Positions 1-10,109 of a stretch of DNA of 56,651 bases are shown here, in pieces. The DNA lies in NCBI GenBank assembly GCA_034660395.1, contig JAYEJA010000064.1, positions 1 to 56,651 of the forward strand. The letters are read 5' to 3'. Made by a program: the position numbers and the translations under genes. The stretch comes from Actinomycetota bacterium. Its GTDB lineage: Bacteria > Actinomycetota > Humimicrobiia > Humimicrobiales > Humimicrobiaceae. How positions within the stretch are numbered: the stretch's first letter is position 1; every line of letters starts with the position of its first letter. Under the pieces are notes generated by a model. It did not search any database. It was not told where the DNA came from and saw nothing but the letters and a program-made list of their open reading frames with translations.

Positions 1-88
1 GGCTTACTGTTTTTTCCTGCCCTAACATTTCTTTTACTACCCTTGTTTTGAAAGCTGGACTGTAACTTTTTTTCGTTATGTTTTTCAT
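1..88 (-). CDS. IS3-family transposase OrfA, N-terminal fragment (not in ORF track)
   Basis: Manual translation MKNITKKSYSPAFKTRVVKEMLGQEKTVS matches the HTH_Tnp_1-type start pattern (Y-S-x-x-F-K-x-x-V-V...E-K-T). Confidence 0.8.
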   Translation of the reverse strand, partial: MKNITKKSYSPAFKTRVVKEMLGQEKTVS

Positions 89-159
89 AACTGTATTTTA
101 CCCCCTTACTATAGCTATATCTTACCTTATTTTCTGTCCAGTTTTTGGGGGTAAGTATA
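1..159 (-). mobile_element. IS3-family insertion sequence, left end (element continues beyond the window start)
   Basis: Minus strand from 159 reads TATACTTACCCCCAAAAACTGGACA, which resembles IS3/IS150-type terminal inverted repeats. It is followed by SD AAGGGGGT (107-100) and an ORF starting at 88. Confidence 0.8.
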
Positions 160-160
160 T

Positions 161-1783
161 ATAGAATATATCAAGGATATAGAAGACGACATTTTAAGAA
201 ATTTAAATAACTTTATTTCCAGGAAGCATAAAGAACCTTCAGCTTCTATCTTATTCCCCTGGATGAAGGAACTGCCGTTTAAAAAATATGAGGTTAACGT
301 AATAGTAGACAATTCAAAGTTAAAAGGTGCCCCCGTTATAATTGAACAAAATCCTACTTATCAGAACCTTCTGGGAAGAACTGAAAAGGAAGCTCAATTT
401 GGAGTTCTATCCACAGATTTCTCAATGATCAGAGGAGGTTCGCTTCATAAAGCAAATAATGGTTTTCTTGTAATACCAGTTGAAGAGCTGTTTAAAAATA
501 TATTTTCCTGGGACAGCTTAAAGATGTCTTTAAAAGACAAAAAAATAATAATTGAGGAAGCCAGCGAACGTCTTGGCTCCATATCTACAAAGGGATTAAA
601 ACCAGAACCAATCCCTCTAAATATAAAAGTAATTCTTATCGGATTACCTTTTCATTACAATGCCCTTTACAATCTTGATCCCGACTTTAAAAAACTATTC
701 AAGGTCAGGGCTGATTATGACCTGACCATGGAAAGAAACGATGCGAATATTAAGAAATTCATCAAATTCATAAGCACATTCTGCAAGAAGGAAAATCTCA
801 ACCATCTTAAATCATCAGCAGTGGCAAAATTAATCGAATATGGATTAAGACTCGCCGAAGACAAGAATAAGATTTCAACCAGTTTTTCCGATATTTCAGA
901 TATAATAACCGAAGCTAATTTTTATTCAAAACAAAATAAACATAAATATATAGATGCGCGGCACATAAAAAAAGCGATTGACGAAAAGTACTATCGTTCA
1001 AATTTGATTCAGGAAAAAATAAAAGAAATGATAAAAAATGAAACAATACTCATAGATACAAGAAGCAGCGAAGTCGGGCAGGTTAACAGCCTTTCAATAA
1101 TAAACCTTGGGGATATCTCATTCGGGAAGCCATCCAGGGTAACTGCATCCGTAGGCCTTGGTAAAACAGGAATTATTGACATAGAAAGAGAAACAAAGCT
1201 GGGAGGTCCTATCCATACAAAGGGAGTTATGATTCTAAGCGGCTATATAACAGAGAAGTATACAACAAACAATCCCCTTAATCTATCAGCCCATATTGTT
1301 TTTGAACAGAGCTATGGTAATGTGGAAGGCGATAGTGCTTCCAGCGCCGAGCTGTATGCCATCCTCTCAGCATTATCAGAAGCCCCTATTAATCAGGGGA
1401 TAGCGGTAACCGGCTCTGTCAACCAGAAAGGCGAAATACAGGCAATCGGTGGTGTTAACGAAAAAGTAGAAGGATATTATAACGTATGCAAAGAAAAGAG
1501 CCTGAACGGTAAACAGGGAGTTATAATCCCCGAAAGCAATGTAAAAAACCTGATGCTTAGAGAAAATATAATAAAATCGGTAAAAAAAGGTAAATTTCAT
1601 ATATATGCAGTAAAAACCATTGATGATGGTATCGAGATACTGACCGGTTTAAAAGCAGGTAAAAAGACTCCCGGGAGCAAATTTAAAAAAGATACCATAA
1701 ATTATAAAGTTAATAACAGGATAAGGGAATTCTCCAGCAAACTAAGCAAATATGAACTTAAGCCCGGACCTAAAGAAAAATAG
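161..1783 (+). pseudogene. Lon-family (LonB/LonC-like, S16) ATP-dependent protease, 5'-truncated by IS insertion
   Basis: Catalytic Ser motif EGDSASSAE and Lys motif IGGVNEKVEG are present, with AAA-lid motifs GSLHKANNG and FKVRADY. The frame is open and Lon-like upstream of ATG263 (IEYIKDIEDDILRNLNNF) back to the IS end. The N-terminal Walker A region is missing. Confidence 0.8.
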
Positions 1784-1967
1784 CTGTATCTTTTATATTT
1801 CCATTTTTAAATTAGACAGATGACTTTTATAATAATATTATTATAAGAGAAGGGAGTAATAAATACACATTATGACCTATTAATTTATCATTTAATACTA
1901 AAAAGTTTTTTTAAAGGAAATTATGAAAAGATTAAAATATGATTTATAATACTATATATTTTATGAA

Positions 1968-1996
1968 TTGAAACAATATATAAAAAACTGTAAAAT
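1968..1996 (+). promoter_or_regulatory. Putative sigma70/sigA promoter of the PAS-GGDEF gene
   Basis: TTGAAA-17 nt-TAAAAT, about 30 nt upstream of ATG2026, with SD AAGGTGG. Confidence 0.5.
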
Positions 1997-2025
1997 GATA
2001 CAAAAATTTAAGGTGGAAGATTCAA

Positions 2026-3897
2026 ATGGCAAGTAAAAAAGAAAAAAAAGGCACTAAAAAAGATGAACATATTGATACAAAAGTAAAAAATATACTTTTT
2101 AACAGAAGTGAAGAGTTCAATCTCTTTCAAAAACTCATAAATAATATTCCCGATAACATCTATATTAAAGATAAAAAAAATAGGTTTCTTATAGTAAATA
2201 AAACCATGGCAGGTTTTCTTGGCAAAAACCCCGGGGATTTCATTGGAAAAACTGATGCTGATTTATTCCCCGGCAAAAGTGCAAAAGAATATTCCAGAGA
2301 TGAAAATAAGGTTATGAAAACGGGTAAGCCCATAATTGACAAAGAAGAAAAACTTATATATTCAGGTAAAGAATACTGGATGAGCAGCAGCAAAATACCC
2401 TGGTATGACAGCAAGGGAAGCGTTATGGGTACCATGGGTATATCAAGGAATATAACTAAAAGAAAGCGGGAATATGGGAGCCGTCTGGGAAGAGAAAAAA
2501 GCTTCTTTAATGCGCTGATGGACAATATATCCGAAAGTATATTTTTTAAAGACCTTGATAGCAGATTCGTAAGAATCAATAAGGCAACCGCAGAAAAGTT
2601 TGGACTGGACAGTCCCGAAGATGCAGTAGGAAAAACTGATTTTGATATTTTTAGTGAAGAGCATGCAAGACAGGCATTTAAGGACGAACAGCTTATAATA
2701 AAAACAGGTAATCCGATAATAAACCTTGAAGAAAAAGAAACCTACGAAGATAAATCTGACAGATGGGCATCTACTTCTAAAATACCCTGGCATGATGAAA
2801 ACAATAATATAATAGGAGTATTCGGCATAACAAGAGATATAACGGAAAGGAAAAATTCAGAAGAGAAAATTAGATATTTATCATTTCATGATACCCTTAC
2901 CGGTCTATATAACAGGGCATACTTTGAAGAAGAAATAAAAAGACTCAATACAGAAAGGCAGCTCCCCTTAACCATGTTAATGGGAGATGTAAACGGTCTG
3001 AAAGTAATAAATGATGCATATGGTCACTTAAAAGGAGACATATTCTTAAAAAAGATAGCGGATATTCTAAAAGAATGCTTCAGAGAAGAAGATATTGTTT
3101 CAAGATGGGGCGGAGATGAATTTATTATAATGCTGCCGAAAACTCCTGGTGAATATGCAAAAAACATTTTAAAAAGAATAAAAAAACTATGCAGGGAAAG
3201 AAGTACCGAAAATTTGCCTTTAAGTATTTCTTTCGGATACGCAACAAAAAAGTCCCCCTCAGAAGATATAGATAAGGTTTTAAAAGAAGCTGAAGATAAA
3301 ATGTATAAAAATAAAATAGCTGACAGCAAATCTACTAACGAGATAATTATTAGCTCTCTAAAAGAGAATCTAAGAAAAGAAGGTAGCAAATCAGAGAAGC
3401 AGAGCATTAAATTAAGGAAATATGCCCTGGCTGTAGGGAGAAGACTCAATCTTACCAAGGAAAGAATAGAAGAATTAAAATTACTAATGGATGTTTACAA
3501 TATAGGTAAATTAGCGCTGGCGGATGAAATAATGTCGAAGCCGGGCAGACTTACCAGGGATGAATGGAAAATAATCAAGAAACTTCCTGAAATCGGCTAC
3601 CGTATAGCAGAATCATCAAATACGCTCAAGCCCATTTCAGAAGCAATCCTTTCTCATTATGAATGGTATAATGGCAGCGGATATCCACGGGGTATAAAAG
3701 GCGATGAAATTCCTATACTCTCCAGAATTTCATTTTTAATTAATTCTTATGAAGCTATGGCCAAGGATAGACCATACAGGAAGAAACTGACAAAAAGACA
3801 GATAATAAAAGAGATAAAAAAATATAGTGGACTACAGTTTGATCCCAAAGTTTCTAATATTTTCCTGGAATTATTAGAGGAAGATTTAAATAAATAA
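2026..3897 (+). CDS. PAS-PAS-GGDEF diguanylate cyclase with degenerate HD-GYP domain
   Basis: Two PAS/PAC repeats, DTLTGLYNR, RxxD I-site (REED), RWGGDEF. C-terminal GSGYPRG motif, but HD is replaced by YN. Confidence 0.9.
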   Translation: MASKKEKKGTKKDEHIDTKVKNILFNRSEEFNLFQKLINNIPDNIYIKDKKNRFLIVNKTMAGFLGKNPGDFIGKTDADLFPGKSAKEYSRDENKVMKTGKPIIDKEEKLIYSGKEYWMSSSKIPWYDSKGSVMGTMGISRNITKRKREYGSRLGREKSFFNALMDNISESIFFKDLDSRFVRINKATAEKFGLDSPEDAVGKTDFDIFSEEHARQAFKDEQLIIKTGNPIINLEEKETYEDKSDRWASTSKIPWHDENNNIIGVFGITRDITERKNSEEKIRYLSFHDTLTGLYNRAYFEEEIKRLNTERQLPLTMLMGDVNGLKVINDAYGHLKGDIFLKKIADILKECFREEDIVSRWGGDEFIIMLPKTPGEYAKNILKRIKKLCRERSTENLPLSISFGYATKKSPSEDIDKVLKEAEDKMYKNKIADSKSTNEIIISSLKENLRKEGSKSEKQSIKLRKYALAVGRRLNLTKERIEELKLLMDVYNIGKLALADEIMSKPGRLTRDEWKIIKKLPEIGYRIAESSNTLKPISEAILSHYEWYNGSGYPRGIKGDEIPILSRISFLINSYEAMAKDRPYRKKLTKRQIIKEIKKYSGLQFDPKVSNIFLELLEEDLNK

Positions 3898-3915
3898 AAA
3901 ACAGTACTATCTTCA

Positions 3916-4006
3916 TGGCGGAGAGGGAGGGATTTGAACCCCCGGAAGGTAAAACCTTCAACGGTTTTCAAGACCGCCGCATTCAACCAGACTCTGCCAC
4001 CTCTCC
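3916..4006 (-). tRNA. tRNA-Ser (anticodon TGA)
   Basis: GGAGAGGTGGCAGAG...GCGGT-CTTGAAA-ACCGT, long variable arm, GGTTCAAATCC T-arm, encoded CCA. Confidence 0.95.
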
Positions 4007-4039
4007 GGGCAAAACCAAATTATAATATAAAAGAAGTAC

Positions 4040-5302
4040 TTATTTCCTTGAAATTTTCTTAACATTCCCCATATACTGAAGCAGTCCTTCAGGAATCTCT
4101 ATATTCCCATCACTATCCTGGTAATTTTCCCATATTGCTATTAACGTTCTGCCTATGGCGCAGGCCGTACTGTTCATAGTATGAACCAGCTCTTTTTTCT
4201 TACCTTCCCGGTATTTTATTTTCAGTCTTCTTGCCTGAAAATCTGTGTCATGGCTGCAGGATGCTAGCTCTCTGTATTTTTTCTGTCCGGGAAGCCACGC
4301 TTCAAGATCATATTTTTTTGCATTCGGAGTTCCTATATCCCCCGTGCACATATTTACTATCCTGTAATGAAATCCCAGACCCCGCATGATTTCTTCCAGT
4401 GTTTCCCTCAATTTTTTGTATTCTTTCCATGAATCCTCGGGGCGTGTAAATATAAACATCTCAATCTTATCAAACTGGTGAACCCTGAAAAGTCCGCCTA
4501 AATCCTTCCCATAGCTTCCGGCTTCCCTTCTAAAACAGGTTGAGAAAGCGGCATACTTTAAAGGAAGAGTATCTGCATCTAAAAACTCTCCCCCGTGGTA
4601 CGCGCAAAGCGGAACTTCGGAAGTTCCTACCAGAAAAAGGTCATCCAGTTCAGTTTTATAATACTGTGTTTTTTCTACTGGAAAAAAGCCGGTACCATAC
4701 ATGGCTTCCTCTTTAACAAGTACAGGAGGTAAAAGCGGCATAAAACCTTTTTTAATCAATATATTCAGTACATACTGCACAAGGGCAAATTCCAGCTGCA
4801 CTCCTTCATTTTTTAAGAATACAAATCTTGAGCCGGATATTTTAGCTGCCCTCTTCTCATCAATAATATCAAGGTCCGTTCCAAGTTTAATGTGGTTTCT
4901 GGGCTTAAAATCAAAAACCGGCCTGGTGCCGTAATGAGATTCAACTACATTACCGCTTTCATCTCTGCCAACAGGCGTGCCTTCATCCGATATATTGGGA
5001 TATGCTGAGAAATGGCTGAAGAACTCCTCCTCTACATCTGCCAGTTCCTTTTCAATCTTCTCAAGCTCTTCATTTAACTTTTTTAATTCTTTTATCTTTT
5101 TATTTTTTTCTTCATTCTTAAGCCCCGGCATGATTTTTGAAGCTATATTCTTCTCATACCTCAAACGGTCTGCCCTGACTGTTAAATCTCTTTTCTTTTT
5201 GTCCAGCTTGATACCTGTATCAACATTTATCTTCAAACCCCTTTTCTTTATTTCTGATTTAAAAATTCGGGGGTTTTCCCTGAATAGCCCTATATCTATC
5301 AT
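4040..5302 (-). CDS. serS: Serine--tRNA ligase
   Basis: N-terminal coiled coil; GTSEVPL, FRREAG, RVHQFDKIE and ELASCS class II motifs. Confidence 0.97.
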   Translation of the reverse strand: MIDIGLFRENPRIFKSEIKKRGLKINVDTGIKLDKKKRDLTVRADRLRYEKNIASKIMPGLKNEEKNKKIKELKKLNEELEKIEKELADVEEEFFSHFSAYPNISDEGTPVGRDESGNVVESHYGTRPVFDFKPRNHIKLGTDLDIIDEKRAAKISGSRFVFLKNEGVQLEFALVQYVLNILIKKGFMPLLPPVLVKEEAMYGTGFFPVEKTQYYKTELDDLFLVGTSEVPLCAYHGGEFLDADTLPLKYAAFSTCFRREAGSYGKDLGGLFRVHQFDKIEMFIFTRPEDSWKEYKKLRETLEEIMRGLGFHYRIVNMCTGDIGTPNAKKYDLEAWLPGQKKYRELASCSHDTDFQARRLKIKYREGKKKELVHTMNSTACAIGRTLIAIWENYQDSDGNIEIPEGLLQYMGNVKKISRK

Positions 5303-5334
5303 TAACCTCTCCCCTGTTTCTTTAAATAATCCTT

Positions 5335-6183
5335 TTATCCATTTTCAGTCCATTTGGGATAAGAGCCCAGAATCTTAACAATATATACACTTCTTCTCAA
5401 AACTTCTATTACATTAAAAACATTATCGTTATGCAAGTGTCCTTCAATGTCTATCATAAATACATAATCTCCAAGGTTCTTTTTAGCAGGTCTTGATTCT
5501 AATCTTGTAAGGTTTATCTCCCTTTTTGCAAATTCTCTTAATATGTTATACAGACTTCCCGGCCTGTCCTCCTTCAGAAAACATACTATGGAAGTTCTAT
5601 CATTTCCTGTCCTCGGCTGTATACTGTTTCCAATAAATACGAATCTGGTTTTATTATCTTTATTATCTTCAATATCCTTCTCTATTATTTCCAGATTATA
5701 AATCTTTGCTGCAGTCTTTGTTCCAATTGCAGCTACATCATCATTTTCCCTTTTCAAAATTCTTACGGCTTCAGCAGTACTGTTCGCAGCTACTATCTCA
5801 GCACCTTTTAAATTGGCCGATAAAAATTTTCTACACTGGGCAGTAGCATGGGGATGGGATATTATTTTTTTTATATTATTAAGTTTTTTCTTCCCCTTCC
5901 CAATAAGACTGTGTCTAACGGGAATAACTATTTCACCTACTATCTTTGCTTCACTCTCAAATGCAAGAATATCCTGGGTTATATTTACCGAACCTTCTAT
6001 AGAATTCTCTATAGGAACAAGTCCCCCATCAGCATTTCCCCTGTCCACACTTTTTATAACTTCCACAACAGAAGCAAATGATATCTTTTCTACGCTATCC
6101 GGGTCCTTAATAGACGCATCCAAAGCTTCCTCGGTAAATGTTCCCGGCGGGCCCAGATATGAAATTTTCTTTTTCACATCCAT
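5335..6183 (-). CDS. pheA: Prephenate dehydratase with ACT domain
   Basis: YLGPPGTFTE, PIENSIEG, NKTRF, NLTRLESRP. Confidence 0.95.
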   Translation of the reverse strand: MDVKKKISYLGPPGTFTEEALDASIKDPDSVEKISFASVVEVIKSVDRGNADGGLVPIENSIEGSVNITQDILAFESEAKIVGEIVIPVRHSLIGKGKKKLNNIKKIISHPHATAQCRKFLSANLKGAEIVAANSTAEAVRILKRENDDVAAIGTKTAAKIYNLEIIEKDIEDNKDNKTRFVFIGNSIQPRTGNDRTSIVCFLKEDRPGSLYNILREFAKREINLTRLESRPAKKNLGDYVFMIDIEGHLHNDNVFNVIEVLRRSVYIVKILGSYPKWTENG

Positions 6184-6287
6184 ATTATAGTATTATACCT
6201 TCTCTAATCCTTTTTATGATAACAAAACTTATTAATTAAAAATATTTATTGATTGAAAATGATATAAAATAAAATGAAATTTGTAAA

Positions 6288-7244
6288 TCAATCCATTACT
6301 TCCGGGAGGAAATCCATGGGGTTATTGGGGATACCATCTACAAGAACTTCATAATGCAGGTGCGACCCTGTACTGTGCCCGGTATTTCCCATTGTTCCTA
6401 TAATATCTCCCTGTTTTACTTTATCTCCAACTTCGACATAAATCTTGCTAAGATGAGCATAAACAGTCGTATAGCCAAATCCATGATAAATTATAATCTT
6501 CCTGCCGTAACCTCCATGCCATCCGGTAAAGATTACGGTACCGCTTGCAGTCGTCTGTATGCTGGTACCGGTATTGTTTGCAATATCAAGTCCTTTATGC
6601 ACATAACCTCTTCTTCTTTCTCCAAAAAGGGATGTAATAGTCCCCCATGTCGGCCACATACTCGGAGTATGCTCCATAAGATATATATAGTCCTCCATAT
6701 TTTTCTTGTCTTCAGTAAGAATCTCCGATAACTCGGGGGCCTTGGTTAGAAGGTCGTCCAGAAGAGCATCTATATCATCCAGTCCCTCTTCCTGGTCGCT
6801 GACATAATAATATATTTCGTTTGGGTCTTCTTCAAATTTAATGTCGGAACTTAAATCAGTTTCATAAATCTCTACTTCTTCCTCATATCCGCCTTTTCCG
6901 GTTATACTCCTTACCATGCGGTCAAGGTCTTCTACCTCTTCCATATAACTTTCCAGAATCTTCGTTTTTGTTTCTACGTCTTTGGTTCTCTTTTCGAGGT
7001 TTGCCAGCTCAACTTCCTTGTAATTAACCTTATACTTTACCCTTTCCAGCTCGGCTACCTTCTCATTTAGCTCCTGGCGCACGAAAAAAAGATCTGAAAC
7101 CAGAATCACTACCGAAGCCATTATTACAACCAGCGCAACAAAGGATAATCTTAATAAATTGTGGGTTATTTTTATCTTTCTAATCCGTGATTTCGCATCA
7201 GATAAAATTACTAAAGTAAAAGATTTATGTTTTTTATCATCCAT
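6288..7244 (-). CDS. Membrane-anchored coiled-coil M23 metallopeptidase
   Basis: N-terminal TM segment and coiled coil; HKGLD (HxxxD) and HLHYE zinc motifs. Confidence 0.92.
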   Translation of the reverse strand: MDDKKHKSFTLVILSDAKSRIRKIKITHNLLRLSFVALVVIMASVVILVSDLFFVRQELNEKVAELERVKYKVNYKEVELANLEKRTKDVETKTKILESYMEEVEDLDRMVRSITGKGGYEEEVEIYETDLSSDIKFEEDPNEIYYYVSDQEEGLDDIDALLDDLLTKAPELSEILTEDKKNMEDYIYLMEHTPSMWPTWGTITSLFGERRRGYVHKGLDIANNTGTSIQTTASGTVIFTGWHGGYGRKIIIYHGFGYTTVYAHLSKIYVEVGDKVKQGDIIGTMGNTGHSTGSHLHYEVLVDGIPNNPMDFLPEVMD

Positions 7245-7374
7245 AAACGAAAAAGCTCAAAATTTGAAAATTGATAAATTTGATATAATATTATAACCGA
7301 TAATCCTTATATAAAAAACCTTTTTATTCAAATCACTATTATAAAAAGCTCCCTGAATATACTTTAGTATTCTC

Positions 7375-8397
7375 TCAATCCATCATAAATTTAAAAGTAG
7401 CGGAATTATTTCCCAGAAAAACTTCATCGGTTACTGGTCCCGCAGTTATTTCCAGTTCACATTTCCTGCCGGGGTAAGCTGCAAATCCCGATATTGTAAC
7501 GGTTTTATCCTGCGAAGCTTCGATTGATTCTATGGTGTATGTTTTTTCGTCAACTATATTATCTTCGGCCATATATTTCATAACAACATTTACATCATTT
7601 TCCGTTACATTACCCTGATTCTGTATATTTATACTCACGCTGATTTCAGATCCGCTGTCCAGTATCCAGTAGTCACCCTGCTGGTTTATTACTTCGGGAT
7701 TAAATTCTACGGTATCATCAATAACGGCTACACCTCTTCTTTCCTGAAGTTCGGACACTGACTTTATTTCAGAAATGAAACTTGTTACACTCTGTGTATT
7801 CGTAAGGCTCTTTTCTTTTAGAACAATCGAATCTATTACTGTAAGATTGTTTATTCCAAGCTCTTCCCCTGACTCCTTTAATTTATCCTGGAAATACAGG
7901 TAAATTTCATCACTCATAAACATATACAGGAAAGTTTTCGTTATCTGGGTTGTAGAGATTTCCAGGTCCAGGTCCTGCAACGCGTTAAACAATGCAGGCC
8001 TGAAATCCTCATAAGCCTTGTTTCTTGTCTCAAAAACCATTTCCAGATATCCATGGGCAACCTCAAAAGATTCCGGGGGTACTAATTCCGCGCTATTATC
8101 CAGAACCAGCTCGCTCTCCTCAATTATTGCAAGAAGCTCACTATCCAGGTCTTCACGATTCAGGTCCTTCGCCTTATCCAGCAAATTAAAAAATTTGTAG
8201 GAAACTTTATTAGATTGCTGTACAAGAACCGATATAGAATTAATATAATCCGATATGGTCAGCCGCTCTTTTTCAGTTAATTCCTTCCTTCCGCTCTCAC
8301 AGCTCCATAAACCGGAAAGCCAGCTTATAATCACCATGGCAATTATAAACATTATTACCAGTGTTATTATTGATTCTTTCCTGCCTCTTCTCTCCAA
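7375..8397 (-). CDS. Membrane-anchored hypothetical protein with probable C-terminal CARDB/Ig-like domain
   Basis: TM segment near the N-terminus; C-terminal 'IQNQGNVTE...DEVFLGNN' pattern. Start moved to TTG8397 (SD GAAGGA) from the track start at 8478. Confidence 0.6.
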   Translation of the reverse strand: MERRGRKESIITLVIMFIIAMVIISWLSGLWSCESGRKELTEKERLTISDYINSISVLVQQSNKVSYKFFNLLDKAKDLNREDLDSELLAIIEESELVLDNSAELVPPESFEVAHGYLEMVFETRNKAYEDFRPALFNALQDLDLEISTTQITKTFLYMFMSDEIYLYFQDKLKESGEELGINNLTVIDSIVLKEKSLTNTQSVTSFISEIKSVSELQERRGVAVIDDTVEFNPEVINQQGDYWILDSGSEISVSINIQNQGNVTENDVNVVMKYMAEDNIVDEKTYTIESIEASQDKTVTISGFAAYPGRKCELEITAGPVTDEVFLGNNSATFKFMMD

Positions 8398-8499
8398 AAA
8401 TATCCTTCCCGACTCATGGAAACAAAGATTTTCCGTTCTCGCTAAAGACGAACCTTCGTTACAGAAGACATTATACAAATGAATTTTACAAAACTCAAT

Positions 8500-9597
8500 T
8501 TATACGCTGAACTTAAAAAGAGCTATATCTCCATCCTTAATTACGTAGTCCTTCCCTTCTCTGCGTACCAGCCCCTTCTCTTTTGCTTCCGTATATGAAC
8601 CCGCCTCCATAAGGGTTTCATAATCTATTATATCGACGCATATAAAACCTTTCTGGAAATCGGTATGAATCTTACCCGCGGCTTCAGGCGCTTTTGTTCC
8701 TTCTTTTACAGTCCAGGCCCTTACTTCCGGGAGCTTTACTGTTAAAAAACTTATAAGACCCAGTAATTTATATGAGGACTTTATCAACTTATCCATACCT
8801 GACTGGATTATACCAAGATCCTTCATAAAAATATCTCTTTCGCCGGGGTCAAGCTGTATTAGTTCTTCTTCAATTCTGGCACTTATCAAAATAACTTCCG
8901 AGCCTTCCTCTGAAGCGTGCCTGCAGAGTTTACCAACTGCAGGGATTTCACCTATCTCCCTGTCCAGGTCATTTTCATCAACATTGGCAGCATATATAAC
9001 CGGTTTATCAGAAATCAGAAAAAGTTCACCAAGAACTCCTTTTTCTTCCCCGTTTAATTCCATACTTTTTATAGGAATTCCCTTCTGAAGCTCCTCCCTT
9101 ACCCTTTCAAGCAGCTCATATTCTTTTAAATATTTCTTATCCCCGCTTTTCTCAAGTCTCTTCACCTTTTCAATTCTTTTCTCAATCTTTTCAAGGTCGG
9201 AAAGTATCAGTTCAAGATTAACTACTTCTGCATCTCTCAATGGATCTATGTCGTGATAGGTATGAGATATATTCTGGTCACCAAAACATCTGACAACATG
9301 AATAATTGCATCCACTTCCCTTATATGCGATAGGAATTTATTGCCCAGACCTTCGCCCCTGCTAGCTCCTTCTACAAGACCCGCTATATCTACGAATTCG
9401 ATTGTGGCTGGAATAACTTTTTCCGGTTTTACTATTTTAGCCAGTTCTTCCAGTCTCTTATCCGGAATAGGGACTGTAGCAACATTGGGCTCAACGGTAC
9501 AGAAAGGATAATTTGAAACTGATGCCCCTGCAGCCGTTATTGCATTAAAAAGCGTGCTCTTTCCTACATTTGGAAGACCTGTTATTCCTAATTTAAT
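8500..9597 (-). CDS. ychF: Redox-regulated ATPase YchF (Obg family)
   Basis: The frame extends 94 codons upstream of the track start and contains KLGITGLPNVGKSTLFNA, NYPFCTVEPN and DIAGLV. The only plausible start is ATT9597, after SD AAGGGG. Confidence 0.95.
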   Translation of the reverse strand: MKLGITGLPNVGKSTLFNAITAAGASVSNYPFCTVEPNVATVPIPDKRLEELAKIVKPEKVIPATIEFVDIAGLVEGASRGEGLGNKFLSHIREVDAIIHVVRCFGDQNISHTYHDIDPLRDAEVVNLELILSDLEKIEKRIEKVKRLEKSGDKKYLKEYELLERVREELQKGIPIKSMELNGEEKGVLGELFLISDKPVIYAANVDENDLDREIGEIPAVGKLCRHASEEGSEVILISARIEEELIQLDPGERDIFMKDLGIIQSGMDKLIKSSYKLLGLISFLTVKLPEVRAWTVKEGTKAPEAAGKIHTDFQKGFICVDIIDYETLMEAGSYTEAKEKGLVRREGKDYVIKDGDIALFKFSV

Positions 9598-9663
9598 TCT
9601 AATCCCCTTAAATCGCTATTATTAATATTATTGACCGACCAAAAATCCTTTTTTAATAACCAG

Positions 9664-10080
9664 TTACTCTCCGATTATTTTAATCAGTACCCTTTTCTTT
9701 CTTTTTCCATCAAATTCACCATAGAATATCTGTTCCCACGGCCCAAGATCCAGTTTACCATTTGTTACCGCTACTACTACTTCTCTTCCCATTATAGTTC
9801 TCTTTAAATGTGCATCAGCATTATCCTCAAAACCGTTATGATTGTACCGGTCATAAGGTTTTTCAGGTGCAATCTTCTCAAGAAGGTTCTCAAAGTCCTT
9901 ATGAAGACCGCTCTCATCATCATTTATAAAAACACTTGCCGTAATATGCATGGCATTGCAGAGGACCAGACCCTCCTTAATTCCGCTTTTCTCCAGTGAA
10001 TCTTCCACCTCACCGGTAATATTTATAAATTCCCTTCTCTTTGAAGTATTAAACCATAATTCTTTTCTGTAGCTCTCCAT
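9664..10080 (-). CDS. yjbQ: YjbQ/UPF0047 family protein
   Basis: [33 protein letters not shown]. Confidence 0.9.
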   Translation of the reverse strand: MESYRKELWFNTSKRREFINITGEVEDSLEKSGIKEGLVLCNAMHITASVFINDDESGLHKDFENLLEKIAPEKPYDRYNHNGFEDNADAHLKRTIMGREVVVAVTNGKLDLGPWEQIFYGEFDGKRKKRVLIKIIGE

Positions 10081-10109
10081 AAAATTCACCCCAGCATTCC
10101 TATTCTAAC

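Noticed and set aside
1827-1846. Perfect 20-bp palindrome TTATAATAATATTATTATAA
   Set aside because: Pure A/T low-complexity sequence, with no second copy or linked regulator seen.
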